Positions 1 through 7,720 are shown, counted from the stretch's first letter. The stretch: 21,928 bases of DNA from Thermoproteus sp. (GCA_049976425.1 JBMFIG010000022.1:1-21928), one strand, 5' to 3'. The notes: generated by a model from the sequence alone, not told the origin. Program-made: numbers and translations.

Positions 1-1
1 G

Positions 2-247
2 CGTGTTAGGAATGCTGATTTTGACGGGGTTGATGTGGATCTCCTCGTGGAGACGGATAGGAGGATCTTCGTCGTCGAGGTGAAGGTGAGGCCGAGAATC
101 GAAGACGTAGGGGCACTCCTAGCGAAGGCGGAGGTGGTGGCGTCTAGGCTGGGAAAGCCCACGGTGCCGGTCCTCGCCGGCACACAGCTAGGAAAAGAGG
201 TGGAGGCCTACGCGAGGGGGAAGGGGGTCCTGGTTTACATATATTAG
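2..247 (+). CDS. C-terminal part of a PD-(D/E)XK restriction-endonuclease-fold protein (5' end outside the window)
   Basis: Frame is open from position 2 (RVRNADFDGVDVDLLVETDRRIFVVEVK...). D-x11-EVK nuclease-like motif, typical of crenarchaeal coiled-coil/nuclease-fold paralog families. Stop TAG at 245-247. Confidence 0.65.
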   Translation, partial: RVRNADFDGVDVDLLVETDRRIFVVEVKVRPRIEDVGALLAKAEVVASRLGKPTVPVLAGTQLGKEVEAYARGKGVLVYIY

Positions 248-306
248 AAACTGCCAGGTTTAGGCTTGTAGTACGTCGTTGTAGTTCTGCTACGCTGGAC
301 GTGTCC

Positions 307-1215
307 TCACCCGAAGTACGATATGAGCTCCGATATCTTCTCCTTTGTCAGCTCCAGCGGGGCTTCTATGGGCGCCTTGCCTCCCAGCAACCTCGCCACT
401 TCCTCCTCGTAGGCGGGCAGATCCTCCCTTCTGTAGAAGATGCCTATGGGTATCTTGCCGTAGGGATCCAGCGTCGGCCACTCGAGGGCTCTCTTGTAGG
501 CTTGTTCGAAGTCTGCGGGATCGTGGCCGACCGCCTCGAGCTTGTAGACGCGCGCCCTGAACCAGTCGTAGGTGTTTATGCGGTTGAACGTGACGCAGGG
601 GCTCAGGACGTCGACCAGGGCGAAGCCTCTATGCCTCAACGCCTCCGAGATTATCTGGGCGAGGTGGGCCACATCGCCGCTGAAGCCCCTCGCCACGAAC
701 GTGGCCCCCGCCGAGAGGGCGAGGGCGAGCGGGTTGACCGGCGAGTCTATGGAGCCGTAGGGAGTTGTCTTGGTCTTCACGCCCTTGAGGGTGGTCGGCG
801 ACATCTGGCCTGTGGTGAGGCCGTAGACTTGGTTATTCGACACTATGTATACGACCCCCACGTTGCGCCTCGCGGCGTGTATCAGGTGGTTGAGGCCTAT
901 GCCGTAGCCGTCGCCGTCCCCGCCGACGCCTATGACGGTCAGCTTGGGGTTAGATATCTTTATGCCGGTGGCTACGGGCAGTATGCGGCCGTGTATTCCG
1001 TGGACTCCGTAGGTCTTCATGAAGTGGGGCAACTGCGAGGAGCACCCTATCCCCGACACCACGACGACGTCCTCGTTCCTCGCCCCAGCCTCAGCCAACG
1101 CCCTCCTCAAGGCCTCCAATATGCCGTAGTCGCCGCAACCGGGGCACCAGATCGGAGCCCTCGCCGCGGCGAAGTCCATGGGCTTTCTATCGACTTTTAC
1201 CTTGACCGACGCCAT
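307..1215 (-). CDS. korB: 2-oxoacid:ferredoxin oxidoreductase beta subunit (TPP-binding)
   Basis: WCPGCG, SGIGCS, HGR and GDGD...NNQVYGLTTGQ TPP motifs, plus SPCVTFN. Start moved to the ATG at 1215 (MASVKV), 2 nt after the alpha-subunit stop. Substrate specificity cannot be determined, so the symbol is generic. Confidence 0.95.
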   Translation of the reverse strand: MASVKVKVDRKPMDFAAARAPIWCPGCGDYGILEALRRALAEAGARNEDVVVVSGIGCSSQLPHFMKTYGVHGIHGRILPVATGIKISNPKLTVIGVGGDGDGYGIGLNHLIHAARRNVGVVYIVSNNQVYGLTTGQMSPTTLKGVKTKTTPYGSIDSPVNPLALALSAGATFVARGFSGDVAHLAQIISEALRHRGFALVDVLSPCVTFNRINTYDWFRARVYKLEAVGHDPADFEQAYKRALEWPTLDPYGKIPIGIFYRREDLPAYEEEVARLLGGKAPIEAPLELTKEKISELISYFG

Positions 1216-1217
1216 GG

Positions 1218-2891
1218 CTACACCAGCTCGGACAGCTCGTCCACGCTGAACGGCTCGCCCCACCACTTGAGCACCTTCCTCTTGAACTCGACGCCCAGCT
1301 CTCTCTTGAGGTATACGGCCAGCTGCCCCTCGCGGTTCAGCTCGACGTCTATCAACGCCCTCCCGCCGTCCAGCGCCTTGGCCGCGGCCTCTCTGTTGAG
1401 CGGGTAGATGTCCCTGAACACCACGGCGGCGAGGTCGCGCCTCTGCGACAACAGATCCAGCACCGGCATGGCGGTGGAGCCCCAGGTGACCAGGGCTATC
1501 TCCCCGGAGCCGAAGGGGGCCGGCCCCTCCATCTCCTCAGCCACCTTGGCGAGCTTCCTCATCCTCTTCTCGTGCATGGCCTTCCTTATCTCCGGCAGAT
1601 GCCTATCGGTGATCACGTCGCCCCTCTCGTCGTGCTCGTCGCTCGTGGCGACGTACATGCCGCCGGGGACTCCCGGTATGGTCCTCGGCGAGATCCCGTC
1701 GTCGGTCAGCTTATAGCGTTTGTACTCCTCCCAGACCACCGGCGAGGTGACGAGCTGTCCCCTCTCTATCTTGAACCTGCCCCAGTCTATGTCGTCCACC
1801 GTCGCCAGCGACTCGTTGAAGTAGAGGTCTGTCGCGACTATGACGGGTATCTGGTACTTCTCGGCTATGTTGAAGGCCTTGGCGGCCGCGTAGAGGCCGT
1901 CCTCTATGGTGTAGGGCGCTATAACTGCGTGGGGGTACTCGCCGTGGGACGGCGCAAGCGACATGAGGAGATCCGCCTGCTCCGTCTCCGTGGGGAGGCC
2001 GGTGCTGGGGCCGCCTCTCTGGCTGAGGAAGACCACCGCCGGCGTCTCTATCATCGCGGCGAGGCCGAACCCCTCGTGCATGAGGTCGAAACCGCCTCCC
2101 GAGGTGCCCGTGGCCGCCCTCACGCCGGCGAACGACGCGCCTATGACCATGTTTATGGCGGCTATCTCGTCCTCGGCTTGGATCACGGCGACGCCGAACT
2201 TGGGGCCGGCCTCGGCCAGGAAGTGCATTATGGGGCTGGCGGGGGTCATGGGGTAGGCGACGTAGAACCTCATGCCCGCCAAGATAGAGCCCACGGCCAG
2301 CGCCTCGGCCCCCGACATTAGGAGCTTCTGCTCGCCTGCCTTAGATAGGCTCCAGGCGTTGCCGGCCGTCTTGGCCGCGTGGTCCATGCCCATCTGGGCG
2401 GCCTGTATGTTCTGCTCCGCTATCTTCTCGCCCTTCTCGCCGAACTCCCTCTTCAGGAGTCCGGCCAGCACCGATATATCAGCCCCGAGGAGCCCCATGA
2501 GGGCCCCCACGGCGACTGTGTTCCTCATAATCTTGTTGCCGGCCTTCAAGGCGTAGTCCGTCAGCGGGACTGGGATCTCGCCGGCGCGTTGCGGGGTCTG
2601 CCTGTCGGCTGAGTCGTAGATCACGTACTTGGCCCTCCCTTCGTGGGCCGCAAGGGCGTTCTTGTTGAGGGCGACCAAGACGTCGTAGGAGTTCCACCGG
2701 CCGTGGCTGTATATCTTCCTGTCCGAGGCCCTGATCTGGTAAAACATGGTGGGGTTGCCCTTGATTATGGACGCGTACTGGCGGAAGGCGAAGACATGGT
2801 AGCCCAGCTTCGCGAGAGACAACGCGACGAGACGCCCGGCGGACTCGACGCCCTCGCCTTGGGCGCCGCTTATCCTAACGGTTATTTCCAT
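1218..2891 (-). CDS. korA: 2-oxoacid:ferredoxin oxidoreductase alpha subunit (N-terminal gamma domain fused)
   Basis: N-terminal GAQGEGVESAG gamma domain, YPMTP, QAEDEIAA, TSGGG, QRGGPSTGLPT. The ATG at 2891 (MEITVRISG) is preferred over 2912 because an AT-rich TATA-like element lies about 25 nt upstream of it. Confidence 0.95.
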   Translation of the reverse strand: MEITVRISGAQGEGVESAGRLVALSLAKLGYHVFAFRQYASIIKGNPTMFYQIRASDRKIYSHGRWNSYDVLVALNKNALAAHEGRAKYVIYDSADRQTPQRAGEIPVPLTDYALKAGNKIMRNTVAVGALMGLLGADISVLAGLLKREFGEKGEKIAEQNIQAAQMGMDHAAKTAGNAWSLSKAGEQKLLMSGAEALAVGSILAGMRFYVAYPMTPASPIMHFLAEAGPKFGVAVIQAEDEIAAINMVIGASFAGVRAATGTSGGGFDLMHEGFGLAAMIETPAVVFLSQRGGPSTGLPTETEQADLLMSLAPSHGEYPHAVIAPYTIEDGLYAAAKAFNIAEKYQIPVIVATDLYFNESLATVDDIDWGRFKIERGQLVTSPVVWEEYKRYKLTDDGISPRTIPGVPGGMYVATSDEHDERGDVITDRHLPEIRKAMHEKRMRKLAKVAEEMEGPAPFGSGEIALVTWGSTAMPVLDLLSQRRDLAAVVFRDIYPLNREAAAKALDGGRALIDVELNREGQLAVYLKRELGVEFKRKVLKWWGEPFSVDELSELV

Positions 2892-3042
2892 GAAGGTGAT
2901 TCCGTTTTTCATTAATATTCATTATAGAAGTCGATTTGCGCCGTAATGCGAGCGCTTTAAGGGCGGTATATATCAATACGCCGGCCGATACGTAGGGGGC
3001 CGACGGCGCAAGCCCTCCGCCGCTCCTCTAGGCAACTTCCCG

Positions 3043-3124
3043 GTGAACTAAATATAAAGGTTTGCAGTCGGCGTAGTTCACGTCGTGAACGGACAAGTTC
3101 ACTGGGCACACCGCGCCGTGAACT
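3043..3124. repeat. Cluster of five GTGAAC/GTTCAC half-sites forming nested inverted repeats; probable operator array
   Basis: GTGAACTA 3043-3050, TAGTTCAC 3074-3081, GTGAAC 3085-3090, AGTTCAC 3096-3102, GTGAACT 3118-3124, in the divergent intergenic region between korA and the 3161 gene. Confidence 0.6.
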
Positions 3125-3134
3125 CGACGGATCC

Positions 3135-3142
3135 TTTTATAT
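3135..3142 (+). promoter_or_regulatory. TATA box of the leaderless 3161 gene
   Basis: TTTTATAT 19-26 nt upstream of the ATG at 3161. Confidence 0.6.
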
Positions 3143-3160
3143 GGTTGGGCTCACGCCGCT

Positions 3161-3559
3161 ATGATCTTGATCGACTACGACCCGACAACCGGCACCGCCC
3201 TCCTCTCTACGGGGAGAGCGCGTTGCGGACAGCTGGAGATCAGACAGATGGCTGTCCCCCGGCCCCCGGTCCCCCCTCCTGCGAAGGTCGACGTGGTTAG
3301 GTCGCCCAACGGAGGCGTGGCGCTGGTCGGCGCCGCCCCGATATCTGAGGACGAGATAGTCCTCGACAACATGGAGGAGGCCATAGAGGGCGAGATACGC
3401 CGCGGCTACCTCAGAGGCGTCGTCTGCAACAGGGAGGTCAAGATCAAGGTATACGTCCCCTACAGCGGGCCCGTGCTGGCGCTGATACCGGTCAAGAAAA
3501 TCGGCCGGGTGCCGAAGGCCGCCGTCCGTCTACTGGCGTACAAGCCGGCTCTGCCCTAG
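3161..3559 (+). CDS. Hypothetical protein (132 aa, beta-rich, Pro-rich linker)
   Basis: Host-like codon usage, TATA at leaderless spacing, and a 4-bp convergent overlap with the ADH stop. No family recognised. Confidence 0.75.
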   Translation: MILIDYDPTTGTALLSTGRARCGQLEIRQMAVPRPPVPPPAKVDVVRSPNGGVALVGAAPISEDEIVLDNMEEAIEGEIRRGYLRGVVCNREVKIKVYVPYSGPVLALIPVKKIGRVPKAAVRLLAYKPALP

Positions 3560-4650
3560 GGAACCACCACCATCCTCCCGACGTACTGGCCCCTACGCAT
3601 GGCCTGAAACGCCTCGTTGATCTCGTCCAGCTTCCACCTCTTCGTCACCAAGCCTCCGTAGTTGACCGCGCGCCTCTTTGCATAGTCTACCACTTCAGTG
3701 AGATCAGCCACCGAACCCCAAAGGCTCCCCACTATCTTTTTCTCGTTGATTACCAGGTCGGCGATCGGGAAACTGCCTCTAACGCCGCCGAGGCCCACGA
3801 CCACGTAGACGCCCTCCGGCGACAATAGATCTATGTATTTCGATATAGTCTGTTCAGCCCCTACGAAGTCCAACACGGCGACTATCTTCCTGCCCGCGGC
3901 CGCCGCGGCCACTGCCTTGGCCGGATCGCCCCTCTTGGCGTCGACAGACGCGTATATCTTGCTCATCTTCCTTGCGAACTCGAGCGCCTCCTCCTTGGCG
4001 TCCACGGCCACCACGTCGAGATGTGGTGCGAGGACGTTGACCCACTGGACGCCGAAGGATCCGAGGCCGCCGACGCCGACGGCCACCACGACGTCGCCTG
4101 GCTCCGCAAACTCTCCGACAAGCTTAAGGGCGGTCTTCACTGCCCTATACGGCGTTAGCCCCGCGTCGGTCAGGACAGCGGCGGCCGCCAAGTCGTCCAG
4201 CCCCTCGGCAGACACCAGATATCTGTAGCTGGGCACCAAGAAGTATTCGGCATAGCAACCTCCGTAGAGGCCGTAGGCGCCTGTCCAGCTCTGGGACTTC
4301 TTGACGGCCATCTGGTTAAGCCCCTTGAGGGTGTATATGTCGTCCTCTAGGTAGTATCCGCCCTGGACCAACACGGGCATGCCGATTTTAACGCGGTCGG
4401 GCACGGCATCGCCCTTTGCCGCGACGTAGCCCGAGGGCTCGTGTCCCAGCACAGACGGCACCTTCTCGGGAACGCCAGATAACTCTCCCAGCCATATGTG
4501 CAGATCTGTATGGCACAGCCCACACCCCGCGGTCCTCACGACGACCTGCTCGCCTTTTGGTTGAGGAATCTCGACCTCCTCGATAGTGAACGGCTGGCCG
4601 TAGCCCCGAAAGACGGCGGCCTTGCCCTTAGGTTTGTTCACCACCGCCAT
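3556..4650 (-). CDS. adh: Zinc-dependent medium-chain alcohol dehydrogenase (MDR), probably NAD-dependent
   Basis: CGLCHTDLH, GHE and TDAGLTPY catalytic-Zn motifs, GVGGLG Rossmann motif, acidic residue in VAVDAK, C-terminal GRMVVVP. Confidence 0.93.
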   Translation of the reverse strand: MAVVNKPKGKAAVFRGYGQPFTIEEVEIPQPKGEQVVVRTAGCGLCHTDLHIWLGELSGVPEKVPSVLGHEPSGYVAAKGDAVPDRVKIGMPVLVQGGYYLEDDIYTLKGLNQMAVKKSQSWTGAYGLYGGCYAEYFLVPSYRYLVSAEGLDDLAAAAVLTDAGLTPYRAVKTALKLVGEFAEPGDVVVAVGVGGLGSFGVQWVNVLAPHLDVVAVDAKEEALEFARKMSKIYASVDAKRGDPAKAVAAAAAGRKIVAVLDFVGAEQTISKYIDLLSPEGVYVVVGLGGVRGSFPIADLVINEKKIVGSLWGSVADLTEVVDYAKRRAVNYGGLVTKRWKLDEINEAFQAMRRGQYVGRMVVVP

Positions 4651-4728
4651 CGATAACTATTAGCCATATGACTGAAAAACATTCCGAGAGATGCTAAAAA
4701 TTCACAATAAAAACTGAACCAGCGATGC

Positions 4729-4828
4729 TCACGCTAAATGCGTGATTTATTGGCTATAATAAGTATTATATTAATTATTTCTTATATATTAAATTTAATA
4801 TTATTTAAAATAGAACTATAATATATTA
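4729..4828. promoter_or_regulatory. Extremely AT-rich island with palindromes upstream of adh
   Basis: Only 4 G/C in 4755-4828. Inverted repeats: TCACGC-N5-GCGTGA (4729-4745), TATAATA-AG-TATTATA (4755-4770) and ATATTAAATTTAATAT (4786-4801). Function unknown. Confidence 0.45.
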
Positions 4829-5021
4829 CGCCTCAAAGCGCCGCCCCTGCCTGCGTCCTGGTTCCTAGTCCACTTGGCGAGGAATTGCCTGTAGCATTCT
4901 CTGCTACAGAATACCCACGGCTTGTTGACGCAACACGTCTTCACCACTATCGGCGTCCCGTTTTCCCGCAGTTGGCGCACCTCAGCTCTGTGGTTCTCTG
5001 AACCTTGAGCTCAAACGGCAT
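4816..5021 (-). pseudogene. Frameshifted small TRASH-domain (metal-binding) gene overlapping the thi4 stop
   Basis: ATG 5021 gives MPFELKVQRTTELRCANCGK and then stops at 4947-4949. The -1 frame continues GTPIVVKTCCVNKPWVFCSRECYRQFLAKW...RRNIL to TAG 4816-4818. Joined, the parts give the CxxC...FCSxxC TRASH signature. Confidence 0.75.
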
Positions 5022-5790
5022 GGACCTCGGCCGCCAGGTCCTTAGCTACTATCTCCGCGATCTTTTTGCCGGACATAAGCATGCCGCCGAATATGGGCCC
5101 CATCCTCGGCAAACCGAAGACGGCGGCTACGGCCATCCCTGTCACGTAGAGCCCGGGCGCCACCTTTCCGGTGTGCTCCACCACGAGCTTCTCCGAGACC
5201 TCCGACCACGCGGACTTCTCCCCCCGTAGCTGTATGCCGAGCTCAGGCACCTTCCGCGCCGCTACTGAGACGACCTCGGCGTCGTGGCCGGTGGCGTCCA
5301 CCACGGCCTTAGCCTGCATGTAGAGCGGATCCACGTGCATGCCCGACATCTGTATAGGCGTCCATATCCACAGGAGGCCGGTGATCCTCGGCGGATCGCC
5401 CCTAAATATTACGTCGTCTACGTGCACCCCGAGGAGTATCTTGGCGCCTGCGTCTATAGCCCCCGCCGCGAGTTTGGCTATGAGCTCCGCCGGGTCGACC
5501 GCGTAGAGGCCGTCGCCCGCGGGCTTGTAGCGGACCTTGAAGTCCCGCAGTATGGGCAGGGCCTCCTCCTGCACGATTATCTTGGGGTACATATTGCCGC
5601 CGGGCCCTATGCCGCCGCCGAAGGAGAACCTCCTCTCCAGCACGATCACCTTGAGCCCCTTCTCGGCCAGATACCGCGCGGCGGTGAGCCCCGACGGGCC
5701 GGCTCCCACGATGGCCACGTCGACGTCGCTGTACTCGTACAGATCCTCGGCGCCGTGCTTGATTATTGCCCGTCCGATCTTCAGCTCCAT
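5011..5790 (-). CDS. thi4: Thiazole synthase Thi4, His (non-Cys, sulfide-using) type
   Basis: DVAIVGAGPSGL, GGGIGPGG, MHVDP (His in place of the suicide Cys), DATGHD and PRMGPIFGGMLMSG. Start placed at ATG 5790 (MELKIG), with an AT-rich TATA-like element at 5811-5820. Confidence 0.95.
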   Translation of the reverse strand: MELKIGRAIIKHGAEDLYEYSDVDVAIVGAGPSGLTAARYLAEKGLKVIVLERRFSFGGGIGPGGNMYPKIIVQEEALPILRDFKVRYKPAGDGLYAVDPAELIAKLAAGAIDAGAKILLGVHVDDVIFRGDPPRITGLLWIWTPIQMSGMHVDPLYMQAKAVVDATGHDAEVVSVAARKVPELGIQLRGEKSAWSEVSEKLVVEHTGKVAPGLYVTGMAVAAVFGLPRMGPIFGGMLMSGKKIAEIVAKDLAAEVHAV

Positions 5791-5878
5791 GGCGTCACGT
5801 ATATCCATCATATTTAATTTATTTCTCTCAAATAACGAACTTATCACGAGGCTTAAAAACCGGCCGGTATCTGCGCCC

Positions 5879-6391
5879 GTGGACGAGGTGGTGTTCAGAG
5901 GGAGTAAGTTCTCCGTGGTCAGGCGGTCGAGAGTCGTCGGCGGGAGGATCGCCGTGGGAGAGTACATAGTGCACCCAGGCGCCGTCGCGGTCCTGGCGCT
6001 TGTCGACGGCGAGGCTCTGCTCGTGCGGCAGTTCAGAGGCGCTCTGGGGGAGAGGACCTTGGAGATACCGGCAGGCAGTCTGGAGCCCGGCGAGAGGCCG
6101 GAGGAGACAGCTATTAGGGAGATGGTCGAGGAGACAGGCTACAAGCCTCTGCGGCTGGAGCCCCTTCTGGACTTCTACCCGACGCCCGGCGTGAGCAACG
6201 AGCGGATCTGGATCTTCTTCACAGACAAGGCGGAGCACGTCGGCGTCGGCGATCGCGACGCGGAGGAGGCCGATATGGAGGTGGTGAGGATGAGGCCGCG
6301 GGACGTCTTGGCCATGGTAGACCGCGGCGAGATAAAGGACGGCAAGACCATACTGGCGTTCCTAGCCGCGTACAGAAAAGGCCTTATATAG
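5879..6391 (+). CDS. Nudix hydrolase, ADP-ribose pyrophosphatase-like
   Basis: Nudix box GSLEPGERPEETAIREMVEETG, with HPGAVAVL, RQFR, YPTPG and IKDGKT ADPRase-type motifs. GTG start at 5879 with CTTAAAAA at 5852-5859. Confidence 0.92.
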   Translation: MDEVVFRGSKFSVVRRSRVVGGRIAVGEYIVHPGAVAVLALVDGEALLVRQFRGALGERTLEIPAGSLEPGERPEETAIREMVEETGYKPLRLEPLLDFYPTPGVSNERIWIFFTDKAEHVGVGDRDAEEADMEVVRMRPRDVLAMVDRGEIKDGKTILAFLAAYRKGLI

Positions 6392-6430
6392 CGTCGTCAC
6401 GCATCGGCAAACCCCGCCGGCCTCACAGAT
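6378..6430 (-). ncRNA. Possible partial or degenerate C/D box sRNA
   Basis: Minus strand: GTGAGGC (C-like, 6426-6420), 12-nt guide CGGCGGGGTTTG, CCGA (6407-6404), GTGACGA (6400-6394). No terminal D box at the expected spacing. Confidence 0.35.
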
Positions 6431-6465
6431 CGGCAATCGATTAATAACACCGCGTAAAAATTTTT

Positions 6466-6518
6466 AGATGAGGACGTCCAGGGCGCCGAGCTGTGACGAC
6501 GGTTTCTGGTCGCCGAGA
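6466..6518 (+). ncRNA. C/D box 2'-O-methylation guide sRNA
   Basis: Box C ATGAGGA 6468-6474, 11-nt guide, D' CCGA 6486-6489, C' GTGACGA 6493-6499, 13-nt guide, D CCGA 6513-6516. TTAATAA lies about 25 nt upstream. Located in a convergent intergenic gap. Confidence 0.72.
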
Positions 6519-6526
6519 GGATTCGG

Positions 6527-7702
6527 CTAGCCGAAGAGAGGCACGCGCGACCTCTTGGGCGGCCTCGGCACCAACACGGTGAGCGCGGCCGACGCGAGGG
6601 CTATTGCGGCCATCACGTACACGCCGCCGAGCCCCATGGAGGACAGCAGAAGCCCCATGGCGAGAGGCCCGAGGGCGCCTCCGCCGGTGTTGCCCAGACC
6701 CCACACTAGTGACGTCGCAAGCCCCGTCGAGGACCGCGGCACCAGATCGCCGGCTAAGGATAACGTGAGCGGGAAGGCGCTGAAGGTGAAGAGGCCGAAT
6801 ATAGGCAACCAGTACAGGCTTCTGGTCGCGACGAGCGCGACGGCCGACAACGCGGCGCCGGCCGTCGTCCCCGCCAGGAGGGTCCTCCTGCCCACCACGT
6901 CGCTGAGGTAGCCGAAGAGCGGCTGGCCCACGATGGCAGGCAGGAGGAAGAAGGTTATCTCGTTGCCGAGGCTCTGGCCGAAGGAGTAGCCGAAGTAGCT
7001 GACAAGCACGACGCCCACGTACTGGGATATCCCCTGCAACGCGAACCCCCTTGCGAAGACGACCGCCGTGAGCGTGGCGACAGCCCTCATGTCGGGCCTC
7101 TCGGAGGAGCTGGCCTTGCGGCCGCCTCTGCGCAGTCCCGGCTCCTCGCAGAGGAACATGGGGATCGCCGCGGCTAGGGAGACGGCCGCCAGCGAGACCA
7201 AGGCGTATAGGTAGTTGGAGGCGAGGAGCGCGAAGAGGGCCGTGCTTATGGCAGGGTAGAGGGCCCTCCCCAGACTGCCCATCGCCCCGTTTATGCCCAT
7301 GGCGTACCCGCTACTCCCGCCGTAGCTCAAAGCCAGAGCGGCCGACCCCAGAGGGTGGTAGAAGGCTGAGGCTATCCCGGCCACGACCGCTCCTGCGAGG
7401 GCCACAGGCACGTCGTAGAACTCCACGCCGTATCCGAACACGGCGAGTCCCAGAGCCCAGAGGCCCATGCCGAGGCCTATGAGCTTAAGCGGCCTCCCGT
7501 ATATATCCATCAAGCGCCCCACGAGAGGCGACGCCAGGGCGCCCAGCCCCGCGAAGGCGAGCGCTATCACGCCGGCCAGATAGGCGGGCATGCCGTGGGC
7601 CTTGACCATATAGGCGTACGCCACTGGCAACAGCCACGTGTTTCCGTCGTTGATGAAGTGCGCCACGCTGGTCAGCGCAAGGGTCCTTCCGGCGCTCGGC
7701 AT
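6527..7702 (-). CDS. MFS transporter (Fsr-like, about 12 TM)
   Basis: 391 aa hydrophobic protein with AHFIND, motif A GRLMDIYGR and GYLSDVVGRR, and AFYHP. Confidence 0.92.
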   Translation of the reverse strand: MPSAGRTLALTSVAHFINDGNTWLLPVAYAYMVKAHGMPAYLAGVIALAFAGLGALASPLVGRLMDIYGRPLKLIGLGMGLWALGLAVFGYGVEFYDVPVALAGAVVAGIASAFYHPLGSAALALSYGGSSGYAMGINGAMGSLGRALYPAISTALFALLASNYLYALVSLAAVSLAAAIPMFLCEEPGLRRGGRKASSSERPDMRAVATLTAVVFARGFALQGISQYVGVVLVSYFGYSFGQSLGNEITFFLLPAIVGQPLFGYLSDVVGRRTLLAGTTAGAALSAVALVATRSLYWLPIFGLFTFSAFPLTLSLAGDLVPRSSTGLATSLVWGLGNTGGGALGPLAMGLLLSSMGLGGVYVMAAIALASAALTVLVPRPPKRSRVPLFG

Positions 7703-7720
7703 GGCGTTATCTCGATATAT

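Noticed and set aside
301-2321. Long plus-strand ORFs (368 aa at 301-1407, 249 aa at 1572-2321)
   Set aside because: Antisense shadows of korB/korA caused by high GC3; no recognisable motifs.
3043-3124. Mini-CRISPR interpretation of the GTGAAC repeats
   Set aside because: Repeats are only 6-8 nt, alternate in orientation, have irregular spacing, and no cas genes are present.
5537-5967. Apparent long overlap between thi4 and Nudix N-termini in the ORF track
   Set aside because: Artefact of longest-ORF calling. Family motifs and TATA positions place the starts at 5790 (-) and 5879 (+).
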